A stretch of 57,165 nucleotides of DNA from a virus (IMGVR_UViG_3300025115_000012:1-57165); one strand, 5' to 3'; shown: positions 38,810 through 48,016, counted from the first letter of the stretch. The notes: a model not told the origin generated them from the letters alone. Numbers and translations are program-made.

Positions 38810-39140
38810 TATTGATATAAATAATTTTAGTACCGTGAGTGATTTTATTTATTTTTTTTTTTTATTTTTTTTAAATAGGGAATAAGGGTATTTATGTACT
38901 ATACAGGTTAATTTAGCATCTTTTTAATAAGAACCTTAGAAAGAAGGAAAATAGGGTATTGTATATTATGTATATATATATTCTTATATAGGATATACGA
39001 AGTATAGACTATATAAGAATGATAATAGATAATAATAAACTTCTTTTAATATAAGATATACGTAGTATAGATTATATTAAAAGAATATATAATATATAAT
39101 ATATAGTATATAATATATAAATAAAGAATATAAGATATTG
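38810..39140. other. Extremely AT-rich non-coding tract (candidate origin/genome-end region)
   Basis: Long TA and T runs with no credible ORF; lies between divergent transcription units. Confidence 0.45.
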
Positions 39141-39216
39141 TGTGGTTGAGCTGCACAAAGCTACGGAAAAAAGAGACACGAAGCAAATTAATTTTTTTTA
39201 ATTTAAAAAAAAGAGT

Positions 39217-39224
39217 TAAATTTG
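39217..39224 (+). promoter_or_regulatory. TAnnTTTG -7 box upstream of the early operon
   Basis: TAAATTTG; the -33 position is a T run without the canonical G. Confidence 0.5.
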
Positions 39225-39225
39225 T

Positions 39226-39477
39226 GATGGTGTCTATCACCTAGTACCTAATACCTTACCCTTCTACCTTTCCTTCTTCCTCTCATGGTGTAAGGCAACA
39301 GTTGGTGAGAGCTAGGCGCTAAGGAGGGAAAGAGAGATACAGGAGGGGAGACATAAGCCCGCACCCAGAACTAAACTTCAAATGATTCAGTACCGGTAGG
39401 TTTACAGGGAGGCAATGCGGGCTTTGTCTTCATTATAAAAAGAAATAAATTAATTCAAACAAATTTAAGGAGCAGAA
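39226..39477 (+). ncRNA. Putative structured 5' leader or small RNA
   Basis: Stems 39268-78/39321-32, 39280-85/39306-11 and 39349-63/39416-29; GC-richer than its flanks. Confidence 0.4.
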
Positions 39478-39813
39478 ATGATAAAAGACAAAATCGAAGA
39501 ATACTTCAAAATGCTAGAGAACCGAAGCTCATCTAAAGGATATATGATTAACAGGGAATATGTTAAATTTAATTTTGATGTGAATGGTTGGGGTAGTATA
39601 ACGATAATCGCTCTTGATGAAAAAAAATTGTATAACAACAATTATCCATTTGATGACTTTATAAAAGCCGCAATTTTGGAGAGAGAGCAAGAACTAATAA
39701 ACCGTGCTTTTGAGTTGGAAGAGATTCACTTCCAAGAAATTAAGTTAGCCGCCAGAGATGAAGCCATTGATATTTTAGCAGGAATTTATTTATCTACGAA
39801 GGAGCAGAAATGA
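39478..39813 (+). CDS. Hypothetical early protein
   Basis: AAGGAG SD; first ORF of the + strand early block. Confidence 0.75.
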   Translation: MIKDKIEEYFKMLENRSSSKGYMINREYVKFNFDVNGWGSITIIALDEKKLYNNNYPFDDFIKAAILEREQELINRAFELEEIHFQEIKLAARDEAIDILAGIYLSTKEQK

Positions 39814-40445
39814 AAAAAATTGATGAACAATGGATAGACACGAATGGGAACAGCTGGAATTCATTGATTTATTCTGAAAAGGAAGCGACGGCAATGTCTG
39901 ATACTTTAATTAACTGTCATGATTGCAGTAATTGCAGTAATTGTTATAAATGCCGTAATTGCTATAATTGCAATGATTGCAATAATTGCCGTGGTTGCAA
40001 TAAATGCCTTAATTGCAATAATTGCAATAATTGTCGTAATTGCAATAATTGCCATTATTGCGATGATTCCAATAATTGCCGTAATTGCCCTGATTGCAAT
40101 AAATGCCTTAATTGTTATAAATGCCGTAATTGCCGTGATTGCCATTATTGCAGTTATTGTAGTGATTGCCGTGATTGCAGTAATTGTTATGATTGCACTT
40201 ATTGCAGTGGTTATCAATCCAACCCCAATCGTATAGTTTCAAAAAAGATAGGTTCAAGAAACGACCAAACAGTTGCATATATTCTGGATGGTCATATTCA
40301 GGTTGTCTGTGGATGTTACAGAGCGGATCTGCAGGCGTTTGAGAGAAGGGTGCAAGAAAGCCATAAAAATAACCCACAATACCTTAAAGAGTATTTGGGA
40401 TTTATAGAGGCAGTTAAATCTTATATTAAACATTTGCAACAATAA
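39810..40445 (+). CDS. Cys-repeat (Cxx)33 solenoid protein
   Basis: 33 Cxx units; C-terminal IGSR...VVCGCY...F...V...H...EY domain of the type found after pentapeptide/hexapeptide repeats in phage proteins. Confidence 0.8.
   Translation: MKKIDEQWIDTNGNSWNSLIYSEKEATAMSDTLINCHDCSNCSNCYKCRNCYNCNDCNNCRGCNKCLNCNNCNNCRNCNNCHYCDDSNNCRNCPDCNKCLNCYKCRNCRDCHYCSYCSDCRDCSNCYDCTYCSGYQSNPNRIVSKKIGSRNDQTVAYILDGHIQVVCGCYRADLQAFERRVQESHKNNPQYLKEYLGFIEAVKSYIKHLQQ
39915..40211 (+). repeat. 33 tandem 9-nt units, consensus TGCAATAAT
   Basis: Read directly from the sequence. Confidence 0.95.
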
Positions 40446-40455
40446 GGAATACCAA

Positions 40456-40731
40456 ATGAAACGAAAAGTAATTGTTAGAAGCCCATTAATAGTCACAGAT
40501 GTCAAGAACCCAACGAAAGAAGAAATCCATGAAATTCGGACTTCGAAAAACGGTAGATACTGCCGGAAGAAGTGTCCTTTTTTGAATGCTTTTAGTACCC
40601 ATGAATCGAAAGTGCCGCATTTGCCTGGTTTTTGCCGGTTATATAAGAGATGGCTGACACGCACTAAACGGTTAGTCCGCCCCAAAATCTGCAAAGAAAG
40701 CGAAATACAGGCAGGGTGCAAGAATGACTGA
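40456..40731 (+). CDS. Small basic Cys-rich (Zn-binding?) protein
   Basis: AAGGA SD; CRKKCPF...FC...C pattern. Confidence 0.65.
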   Translation: MKRKVIVRSPLIVTDVKNPTKEEIHEIRTSKNGRYCRKKCPFLNAFSTHESKVPHLPGFCRLYKRWLTRTKRLVRPKICKESEIQAGCKND

Positions 40732-40975
40732 AAAAGACTATGAGACTAAGTTAATTGCTTTAAATAAGCATATCGAGCATACTTTTGCTATTAAGGATCA
40801 TATAGAAAAAATATGCTTTGTTGAACAATTTGACAAGTATTGGAGAAAGATGTATTCTCTAGAAGAGCTTGTCACGATCGTCACACGAAGGTTCCATTTC
40901 CCGCCAGGGTATGTAGCAAACGTGCTGGAAAAGGATGAAATACTAAAAAATATTGAAGATGTTATGTTTAATTAA
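40724..40975 (+). CDS. Hypothetical protein
   Basis: 83-aa ORF overlapping the upstream stop. Confidence 0.6.
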   Translation: MTEKDYETKLIALNKHIEHTFAIKDHIEKICFVEQFDKYWRKMYSLEELVTIVTRRFHFPPGYVANVLEKDEILKNIEDVMFN

Positions 40976-40988
40976 AGAAGGATTTACT

Positions 40989-41366
40989 ATGACAAAGAAA
41001 AGAATAAAAGAGTATTTAAAAGAAAAGCGACAGACAGGGAATAATTTGGAAAAGGCAGTTGCTCGGTATCTTCTTAAAGAGGACGATATAGAAGGCCACA
41101 TAAAAGATATCCTTAATTATGGATGTCAGTCCGGAACTGTTAAGATACTGATTTATACTGCAAATACTCACAAGTTCTTCTTGAAGTATTATGAGGAAAT
41201 ATTCGAAATCCTTGATGATATTAGGGATAATTCAGGTGAGGAATTTTCTAATTACAAAACCGACAGAGCTAATACTTTAGCTTGGCTTGGATTTGAAGAA
41301 ACTGTTGACCGGTTCTATAATGAATTGAAAATATTGAAGATCAGGAACACAGAATGTCTCACATAG
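40989..41366 (+). CDS. Phage early protein (DUF7222-like)
   Basis: D...YGCQSG....LIY...T..F...Y.EEI...N.LAW.GFE motif recalled from this family; AAGGA SD. Confidence 0.55.
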   Translation: MTKKRIKEYLKEKRQTGNNLEKAVARYLLKEDDIEGHIKDILNYGCQSGTVKILIYTANTHKFFLKYYEEIFEILDDIRDNSGEEFSNYKTDRANTLAWLGFEETVDRFYNELKILKIRNTECLT

Positions 41367-41397
41367 CAACTGTATAACAAGGATATGTATTAACGGT

Positions 41398-41422
41398 CCT
41401 GCATCAATTTATTTGGTGCAGG
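41398..41422 (+). other. Intergenic hairpin without U-tract (processing/stability element?)
   Basis: CCTGCATCAA-tttat-TTGGTGCAGG. Confidence 0.4.
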
Positions 41423-41450
41423 TAAGCTAATTAACAGAAAGGGAATTTTT

Positions 41451-41678
41451 ATGGAAAGAATGAAGGATCTTTTAATAGACCTATTAAACGCCGAGCTAGA
41501 AAAACAACCTGTTGATCATTGTGCATTGGAGGAAATGATTGACAATCAACCTGAATCATATTATTGTCCAGCCTGCGGGAATAAGTCTTTAAGGCAATAT
41601 TCCGAAAAAGATTATAGTTGTTTGCACTGCGGTGTAGATGTTATTATGGAAATGTTTCAAATGGGAGAAAGAAAATGA
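41451..41678 (+). CDS. Zinc-ribbon protein
   Basis: CPACG...CLHCG. Confidence 0.7.
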   Translation: MERMKDLLIDLLNAELEKQPVDHCALEEMIDNQPESYYCPACGNKSLRQYSEKDYSCLHCGVDVIMEMFQMGERK

Positions 41679-41917
41679 TAACAGAAATTGGAATACTCTT
41701 CTTGGTTGGGCTGATAATATTTTTGTATTACAGGTTACACAAGAAGTTAGAGTTCATTGAAGACCGTATAGCAGACAGAGTAAATGCTTTATGGTTAGAT
41801 ATGCAAAAAAGAAAAGGGAACTATCCACGCAAAAGGATAACACCCAGATACGATAAAAGTCAATTCAATATAGTACAACAATCTGAAAGGAACAATCATG
41901 ATAGTAATAAACGGTAA
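41675..41917 (+). CDS. Small protein with N-terminal TM anchor
   Basis: ATGA coupling, GGAG SD; IGILFLVGLIIFLYY followed by basic residues. Confidence 0.65.
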   Translation: MITEIGILFLVGLIIFLYYRLHKKLEFIEDRIADRVNALWLDMQKRKGNYPRKRITPRYDKSQFNIVQQSERNNHDSNKR

Positions 41918-42725
41918 TTACAAGTTTTATCCAATGTTGCCTAAAGTGCTTGATTTCGCTACAAGACCGGCAATGATGGGATTATATATTGACGCTGGGA
42001 ACAAGGTGGCAGTTGCAACAGCTGGGTATTACGTTGTAACGGTACCTATTTGGGTAGAAGAAGGCAGCAATATTGCTAATAAAATAATACCAGCCCACAT
42101 TGTCAAAGAAATGGACAAGCAAAAAGGAGAACGGAAGGAAATTGTTTATGTTGACAAAAATTGGTTTTGCAATAATGTCCATATCGGTTATGGAGATTTT
42201 GTTGATGAGGTATTCCCTCCATACAAAGAAACCATAGAGAGATATAAAGGCGAAAGTCTTGTGAGTATAGGAATGAATACCCCGCAATTAGGAATTCTTC
42301 AGAAGTGTCTCGGTTGGGATTATTCTTTAGTAACGATATGTACTGATTTGGATAAAGCAATGCTTGTTACAGGGAATGGCAAGGGTGAAGAAATTTATGT
42401 AACAAGGCACAGGGTAGATGAGGAAGGTACATTCGTGAGACCGAGTCTTGAGCATGTAGTTAAGGGAATGGTATTTTCCTTTATCGAGCAGGAATATGAT
42501 TCTGAACATCGAAGTTTCCTCGGCAGCGATGATTTGGCATCGTTCCTGCTTGATAGTATTGTTCGTGTTAAAGATCGGTACAAAGATTGGGCAGTCGGAG
42601 AACTCCAAGATTATTATCGTTTTATTAATGAACAAATTGGAGTCAAAGAAGAATTAAAAAAGTATCTTGAAATAATGGATGAATTTGAAAAACAATCAAT
42701 AGAGAAAGGATCTCAAAATGAGTGA
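41898..42725 (+). CDS. Protein with partial DNA sliding-clamp (beta-clamp)-like region
   Basis: RPAMMGLYI...AVATAGY...IIP...VDEVFPPYKETI resembles clamp motifs R..L.G...VATDG...IVP...I.G.FPDY..VI. Confidence 0.5.
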   Translation: MIVINGNYKFYPMLPKVLDFATRPAMMGLYIDAGNKVAVATAGYYVVTVPIWVEEGSNIANKIIPAHIVKEMDKQKGERKEIVYVDKNWFCNNVHIGYGDFVDEVFPPYKETIERYKGESLVSIGMNTPQLGILQKCLGWDYSLVTICTDLDKAMLVTGNGKGEEIYVTRHRVDEEGTFVRPSLEHVVKGMVFSFIEQEYDSEHRSFLGSDDLASFLLDSIVRVKDRYKDWAVGELQDYYRFINEQIGVKEELKKYLEIMDEFEKQSIEKGSQNE

Positions 42726-43038
42726 AACAAACGAGTTTGAAAAACAACAAGAATTTATAAAATCATCATCGGTGATGGATTCTGATAAATTCACTACTGC
42801 TTTTGTAATTATGATTACAGGTGACGGCGACGAAATAAAGACGCGATTAAGTGTTGACGAAGGAATGTTGAATGCGGTGAATTGCTTCGCAGCCATGAGT
42901 CTATTAGTTGAGACTCTTTCGAAAAGATTAGGGAAGAGTATCCCAGACATAATGAGATATCTCATGATGATCGAAGGAAAAGAAATAGATTTAAAAATAC
43001 TTACAGAAACTGAAGAAAGGGAATCTCAAAATGAGTGA
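42718..43038 (+). CDS. Hypothetical protein, paralog A
   Basis: AAAGGA SD; aligns with the next ORF. Confidence 0.7.
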   Translation: MSETNEFEKQQEFIKSSSVMDSDKFTTAFVIMITGDGDEIKTRLSVDEGMLNAVNCFAAMSLLVETLSKRLGKSIPDIMRYLMMIEGKEIDLKILTETEERESQNE

Positions 43039-43360
43039 AACAGATAATAACTTTACAATTAGATTTGTTATAGAAGTCCTCATGGAAGATAATGACGCAA
43101 TGGTCCATTTGAGCATTAACAGATCAATGCCCAGCGTAATATCTTGCTTGGCAGCAGCTAAAGGACTTTTTAAAGCCGCTGCTGAAACGTCTGGAAAAGA
43201 TGTTTTATTTCTAATAAAAGCTTTTCTGGAAGCTGAAGAAGAGGAAATGCTTGATAAAGAAATAGAAGCAATGAAATCTGCAGATGCAGAGTATCGTTGT
43301 GACCAAGAAAGATTAGACAATTATGACAACAAAGAAAGGATTCAAAATGAAAACAGTTAG
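43031..43360 (+). CDS. Hypothetical protein, paralog B
   Basis: Same start context as paralog A; shared FT..FVI...LS...M...C.AA...GK pattern. Confidence 0.7.
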   Translation: MSETDNNFTIRFVIEVLMEDNDAMVHLSINRSMPSVISCLAAAKGLFKAAAETSGKDVLFLIKAFLEAEEEEMLDKEIEAMKSADAEYRCDQERLDNYDNKERIQNENS

Positions 43361-43919
43361 CCAACTGCTTAGCAGTATTAAGAAAAATCAAGACGAAGTT
43401 TTAAGCAAGATATGCAAATTTGAAAAGCCCTTGCCTAAACAGTTCAATTTGTATGAAAAATATATTGTACGTCCATTTCTGTGGAAAGGCAATATAAGAT
43501 CTTATTATACTATGCGAATAAATTGGCATGAATATCTTGCTGATCAATTAATCATTAGCATGATAGCACGTAAGGTGCTTTCTGTTGATAGCGATGGCGT
43601 TTATGAAATAATATCGGGAATTGGGAAAGGACTAAAATTTAACAAGGGGAGTTGGAATCAATCCCTGATAGAATTGCCTATGTTTGACAGCAAGGCATGG
43701 GCAGAATCTAAATTCGCTAAAGGAACATTTGGCAAACAAATCAAGCGTCTTGACAAGGACTTCCAGAAATACGTAGAAGAACACCAGGCTCTTTATGACG
43801 AGATAGCTGAGGAAATAGAGGCAATCCGGAACACGGCAGAGATCTGTCTTGAAGGGAATATCCAAAGATGGTTAAATCTCTTAGAAAGAGCTGAAATAAT
43901 CTGCAAGGAAAAGAAATGA
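43347..43919 (+). CDS. Hypothetical protein
   Basis: AAAGGA SD before ATG 43347. Confidence 0.7.
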   Translation: MKTVSQLLSSIKKNQDEVLSKICKFEKPLPKQFNLYEKYIVRPFLWKGNIRSYYTMRINWHEYLADQLIISMIARKVLSVDSDGVYEIISGIGKGLKFNKGSWNQSLIELPMFDSKAWAESKFAKGTFGKQIKRLDKDFQKYVEEHQALYDEIAEEIEAIRNTAEICLEGNIQRWLNLLERAEIICKEKK

Positions 43920-44230
43920 TGAAAATACCTTTAATGACAAAAGTCAAAGATGTTTTTGATACCTTATGGCTTTTTATACTTGTATCAGTAATCGTTTCTG
44001 GTGTTGTCTATTTGGGATTTAAAGCACTCGAATACCAAATCGCAAAGGACATAATTGCAGTTCAGTACGAATTGAAATGGGCAAAGGATAGTGCCAGGAT
44101 TGCAAGACAAACCGATACCATAGCCGCTATGCGACAAAGGTTGAAAGTATGCGAAGGCAGTGTAGATAAGTATAAGAAAATAATAAACAAGAAATATGAA
44201 AGGAGAACAGGGAGAGATGGCAAAGAATAG
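43916..44230 (+). CDS. Membrane-anchored coiled-coil protein
   Basis: TM segment LWLFILVSVIVSGVVYLGF followed by a helical region. Confidence 0.65.
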   Translation: MMKIPLMTKVKDVFDTLWLFILVSVIVSGVVYLGFKALEYQIAKDIIAVQYELKWAKDSARIARQTDTIAAMRQRLKVCEGSVDKYKKIINKKYERRTGRDGKE

Positions 44231-44687
44231 AGGTGCAAAACAAGGGAAGGACAATGAGAAAAGAACTCATAAGTACCTGGAGGAGCATGGATGGTTGGTG
44301 CACACAGTCAAAGCTCCTCCAGCTGTTATGAGAATTGTTGATGGCAAGACGATTTGGTCGGCAACGTCTGCCCAAGATATATTCGGACTGTTTGACCATG
44401 TTGCAGTTCGAAGAGCAGGTGGATATATCGAATGTGAACCATGTGGTATTCCTAAGGGTGAATTTGACAAGCTTATTTGGGATGACACTTTCGGACCAGA
44501 CGGTATGATAAAAATGAACAATATGCCTTCAGTTGTTTTTATCCAAACGAAAAGTAAGAAACAGTATGGTAAAGAAATGGATATTTATGCAAATTTTCCA
44601 TACAAATATAAATACATATTCGTATGGACAAAAAATAAATCCAACCGGTATGAATTAACTATACAAAAAATAACAAAAAATTCTTAA
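44217..44687 (+). CDS. Holliday-junction resolvase (Hjc-like PD-(D/E)xK)
   Basis: G...E....YLE..GW.V, DIFG.FD.VAV and FIQTKS motifs. Confidence 0.75.
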   Translation: MAKNRGAKQGKDNEKRTHKYLEEHGWLVHTVKAPPAVMRIVDGKTIWSATSAQDIFGLFDHVAVRRAGGYIECEPCGIPKGEFDKLIWDDTFGPDGMIKMNNMPSVVFIQTKSKKQYGKEMDIYANFPYKYKYIFVWTKNKSNRYELTIQKITKNS

Positions 44688-44704
44688 ATTAGTATGAGGT
44701 TAAA

Positions 44705-45442
44705 ATGACAATTAGCGAAATAATTGATTCCAAAATTTATGTAAGTCCGAATGGGTTGTTTAAGTTTCCGGCTCCAGGTGAACTTATAGAACCGTTCTAT
44801 GAACATACTGAATCACTAGATGGGGATTATCATGTTTCCGTTCAGAATGAAGTTCGTAACGAGAATGATGACAATACTCAAAACGTAGCATATCCCAGAG
44901 TATTAATCGAGAAAAGGTTAAGAGACGGGTATGACGAAAAGAGTAACTATACTATCGGGTTCTTATATGCAATGGATTTGCAAACACCTATCGTAAAGGC
45001 ATATTTTGGCGATATGGCTTCTGCCTGTTTGAATCTTAGCATATTCAGGGCTTCGGATATTATAAGCAAACCATTGAATAGCGATACAGAACCTGTGTAT
45101 TCTTTTATCAAACAAGCGTCTGTCTTGTTAGATGAGTACGTTGAGAAGTACAATGAGATACAGTCTTATTTAGCACAAACCATGTATTCTTCCACTCGTG
45201 TGAATGTGATGCTGGGGGACATGTTACGAAAAGCATCTTTCAAAAACAGTGTGATACCGACAAGCACAATAGTCGGAGCTGCGAAACTGCTTGAAGATAA
45301 AAAGAGCCGATACCGAATTGAAAATGATCAGATATCTGCATATGATTTGTATCAATGTTTGACACATACCTTTAACCAATCAAATGAGATTATATCAAAG
45401 CCTGAGAAGGCATATCAAATTTATAAACTAATGAGGAACTAA
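44705..45442 (+). CDS. DUF932-like protein
   Basis: Y.RV.I...IGFLYAMD...P..K.Y.G....ACLNL.IF motif, recalled from crAss-like replication regions. Confidence 0.55.
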   Translation: MTISEIIDSKIYVSPNGLFKFPAPGELIEPFYEHTESLDGDYHVSVQNEVRNENDDNTQNVAYPRVLIEKRLRDGYDEKSNYTIGFLYAMDLQTPIVKAYFGDMASACLNLSIFRASDIISKPLNSDTEPVYSFIKQASVLLDEYVEKYNEIQSYLAQTMYSSTRVNVMLGDMLRKASFKNSVIPTSTIVGAAKLLEDKKSRYRIENDQISAYDLYQCLTHTFNQSNEIISKPEKAYQIYKLMRN

Positions 45443-45443
45443 T

Positions 45444-46451
45444 ATGAAGACTTACCAAGATGGGAAAAAAAACCGGAGTAACAGATCAGAAAATGATCTG
45501 AAAACAGGTGAGATAGTTGATGCTATAATTATTGGCATGGATTATCCAAGGGCACATCTTAAGCAAATAGATGATATGAACAAGACTAACAAGGAAGATG
45601 CGGAAGTAACCGGTGCGGAATACATCCCACTAGAGCCAACATATAAAGACAGTGGGATTGAATTTACAATCGCTATTTTAGCAAGGAATGACGGTGAAGA
45701 TAAAATATGGAAACCAACAAAAGAAAATGACGCTTTGATAAAACCTGGATATCCGGCTGTGGCTACTTTTACGGTTTACAGTCCAAGAGCTTTGTATCAG
45801 TTAAGGGGCAAAAAAGGAAACAAGATAGGCGATATGCACAAAATGGGCGGTGGTGATGAAATAAACAGGATATCCGGCAAACCAGAAGTTGTAGCTTTAT
45901 ATCCTCATTGCGTTCTGAAAGAGAAACTGCCAAAAGGTGCTGATTTCACGTCGGCACGGACTTATGCAGAAATACCTGAAGATGAATTGCGGATAATGCC
46001 TGATCTTGTTAAGGAAGAAACGAAAAGACGAGCAGATTGGAAAGAATTGCTGTTGCAATGGACAGATTATGATGAGGAGCAATGTTACAAGGAATTGCTG
46101 GAATACTCCGCAAGAAGATTATTCCTGTTCGATCCTGAAATGATGAAAATTGGGAAAGTAGAATATCTTCCTCCTAAAATAGGAATGATATTCAAAACTT
46201 CTATTGACAGATATGTGGAAAATAACGGTTACTTCAACATAAAAGGTTATCCAGGCAGTTCCGGTTGGAAAAGGTCAGTTGTCGGGCAATGGGAACCAAT
46301 TGTATATAGCACTGGTGCGGTTTATAACGAATTTGGTGCGATATTGGCAAATAAGATTAATCAGGCAAGATTGAATAAGATAATAGAAGAGGAAATACTC
46401 CCGAACGATGAAGACATTTCTGATGATGTTTCAGATGACGAACCATTTTAG
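45444..46451 (+). CDS. Putative ssDNA-binding protein
   Basis: Acidic tail ending DDVSDDEPF (SSB-Ct-like); sits immediately upstream of the helicase. Confidence 0.5.
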   Translation: MKTYQDGKKNRSNRSENDLKTGEIVDAIIIGMDYPRAHLKQIDDMNKTNKEDAEVTGAEYIPLEPTYKDSGIEFTIAILARNDGEDKIWKPTKENDALIKPGYPAVATFTVYSPRALYQLRGKKGNKIGDMHKMGGGDEINRISGKPEVVALYPHCVLKEKLPKGADFTSARTYAEIPEDELRIMPDLVKEETKRRADWKELLLQWTDYDEEQCYKELLEYSARRLFLFDPEMMKIGKVEYLPPKIGMIFKTSIDRYVENNGYFNIKGYPGSSGWKRSVVGQWEPIVYSTGAVYNEFGAILANKINQARLNKIIEEEILPNDEDISDDVSDDEPF

Positions 46452-46458
46452 GTGAGCA

Positions 46459-47847
46459 GTGGATTATGAAGAAATTGAATTAACCGTAACCGCTGCTTGT
46501 CTACTTGATACAAGTTTTAGCAGGAAAATCCCGGATGACTTACCTCTTCGGGATTCGTTTTCTCAAATGGTAGACATTGCAAAAAAGGTGCAGGATATCA
46601 AGGCAATAACAAGAATGACCTTGTTATCTAAGATTATGGACGATAAGTTACCTATTCAGAAATATGAGGTAGATGCTGTATATGGGAAAACGCAAGAACT
46701 AGTTCTTTTAGATCCGAAGTCTTTTAACAATGAGGTTCAAAATGCTGTTCATCTATTAAAAGAAAAACAGGCCAAAATGGATTTGTCGCTGGAATTCAAT
46801 TATGCTTTAGGTTTAGTTGACAAAGGCAGATTGAACGATGCTGTAACACATGCCAAACAATTACATTATAAGACCAGACCACCTTTGTTGCCAATCGAAG
46901 ACCTGATGTTAGATGCGGTTCAAATTACGAATGCATTTAAAACTAATATTAAGCAAATTGATGAGATACAAGGCGGATTGCTTAAATCGAACATAATGGC
47001 TTTAATTGGTGACAGTGGTATCCAAAAGACACGGTTTTCACTATGGTTTTGTTTGCAGATATTAATGGCGAACCCGAATTTCACTTGTCTTTATTTTGAG
47101 AAAGAAATGTCTGCCAAAGATGTAGCAAGCTATTTGACACAGAACTTAGTCAAAATATCAATGGACGATATAATTAAGATTTCACTTGATAAGGATGCAG
47201 AAGCAAGACGGAAGTTGTCCAGAGAGATAAGGGAAGCCATGGCGGAGGATAACCCAAGGGTAGATGCTATTAAGCGTATAAAGATTGTACCTAATAATAT
47301 GTTTCATTCAGCAAAGGATATTTATGAATATCTTGACGTTGAGAAACCTGATATTTGGTGTTTGGATTACTTGACCTTAATAGATGACCGTAAGGGAAAA
47401 ACCGAAAATAAAAATGACGGGATAACCAGAACGATGGAGATTATAAAAGAAGCGACACTAGCTACTGAAAGCTTCGGGATTGTAATTTCGCAGTTGAACA
47501 AGGATACAATAGAAAAACGTTGGAACAAGATACCGATTACGGAGGATATGCCTTATGGTAATATTTTAAAGCAATTTAGTGCTTATATTTATGCACTATT
47601 TTCACCAGATAAATATCCGGAAAGCCAATATCTTAAATACGAGGGCGTGGAAATGAGACCATCGGATTATTATTGTATTCTTCGTAAAGGTCGGCATAGC
47701 AAATTTGCTAACGATTTATATTTTAGGAGTTCTTCTCTTAATTTAGAATTTAAAGAAATACTTGAAACAGAAAAGGCAACGGAGGAAGAATGGAGCCGAA
47801 TGAACAAATGGATCCGAGGATACCAACTGCCGAGGAGAATGACTTAG
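46459..47847 (+). CDS. DnaB-like (SF4) replicative helicase
   Basis: GDSGIQKT (Walker A variant), YFEKEMS, LDYLTLI, ISQLNK and KGR arginine finger. Confidence 0.88.
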   Translation: MDYEEIELTVTAACLLDTSFSRKIPDDLPLRDSFSQMVDIAKKVQDIKAITRMTLLSKIMDDKLPIQKYEVDAVYGKTQELVLLDPKSFNNEVQNAVHLLKEKQAKMDLSLEFNYALGLVDKGRLNDAVTHAKQLHYKTRPPLLPIEDLMLDAVQITNAFKTNIKQIDEIQGGLLKSNIMALIGDSGIQKTRFSLWFCLQILMANPNFTCLYFEKEMSAKDVASYLTQNLVKISMDDIIKISLDKDAEARRKLSREIREAMAEDNPRVDAIKRIKIVPNNMFHSAKDIYEYLDVEKPDIWCLDYLTLIDDRKGKTENKNDGITRTMEIIKEATLATESFGIVISQLNKDTIEKRWNKIPITEDMPYGNILKQFSAYIYALFSPDKYPESQYLKYEGVEMRPSDYYCILRKGRHSKFANDLYFRSSSLNLEFKEILETEKATEEEWSRMNKWIRGYQLPRRMT

Positions 47848-48014
47848 ATTATGCATGCAAGTTATCGAAAGATTGTGGTATGCAGTGTGCAAGGATAGGA
47901 CGTGAAAACAGTCCGACGTGGTTTTCCGGTTGGGTTGAAGGCGATTTATTTGATTGTCCTTCATACCAGCCGGTTGACACGGAGTTAAATATTTTCAAAT
48001 ATACTAAGGAATAA
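47790..48014 (+). CDS. Small Cys-containing hypothetical protein (start uncertain)
   Basis: Fills the helicase-nuclease gap; C..C...C...CP pattern. Confidence 0.45.
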   Translation: MEPNEQMDPRIPTAEENDLDYACKLSKDCGMQCARIGRENSPTWFSGWVEGDLFDCPSYQPVDTELNIFKYTKE

Positions 48015-48016
48015 AA

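Noticed and set aside
37760-39477. tRNA or self-cleaving ribozyme in the non-coding region
   Set aside because: No cloverleaf with a T-loop and no hammerhead core recognised by eye; an Infernal scan would be decisive.
39906-40377. Ile/Ala-rich and other ORFs in alternative frames over the Cys repeat
   Set aside because: Shadow frames of the 9-nt repeat; only 39810..40445 has an SD and non-repeat domains.
43916-44230. Spanin call for the TM/coiled-coil ORF
   Set aside because: Lies in the early region with no adjacent or embedded lipoprotein partner.
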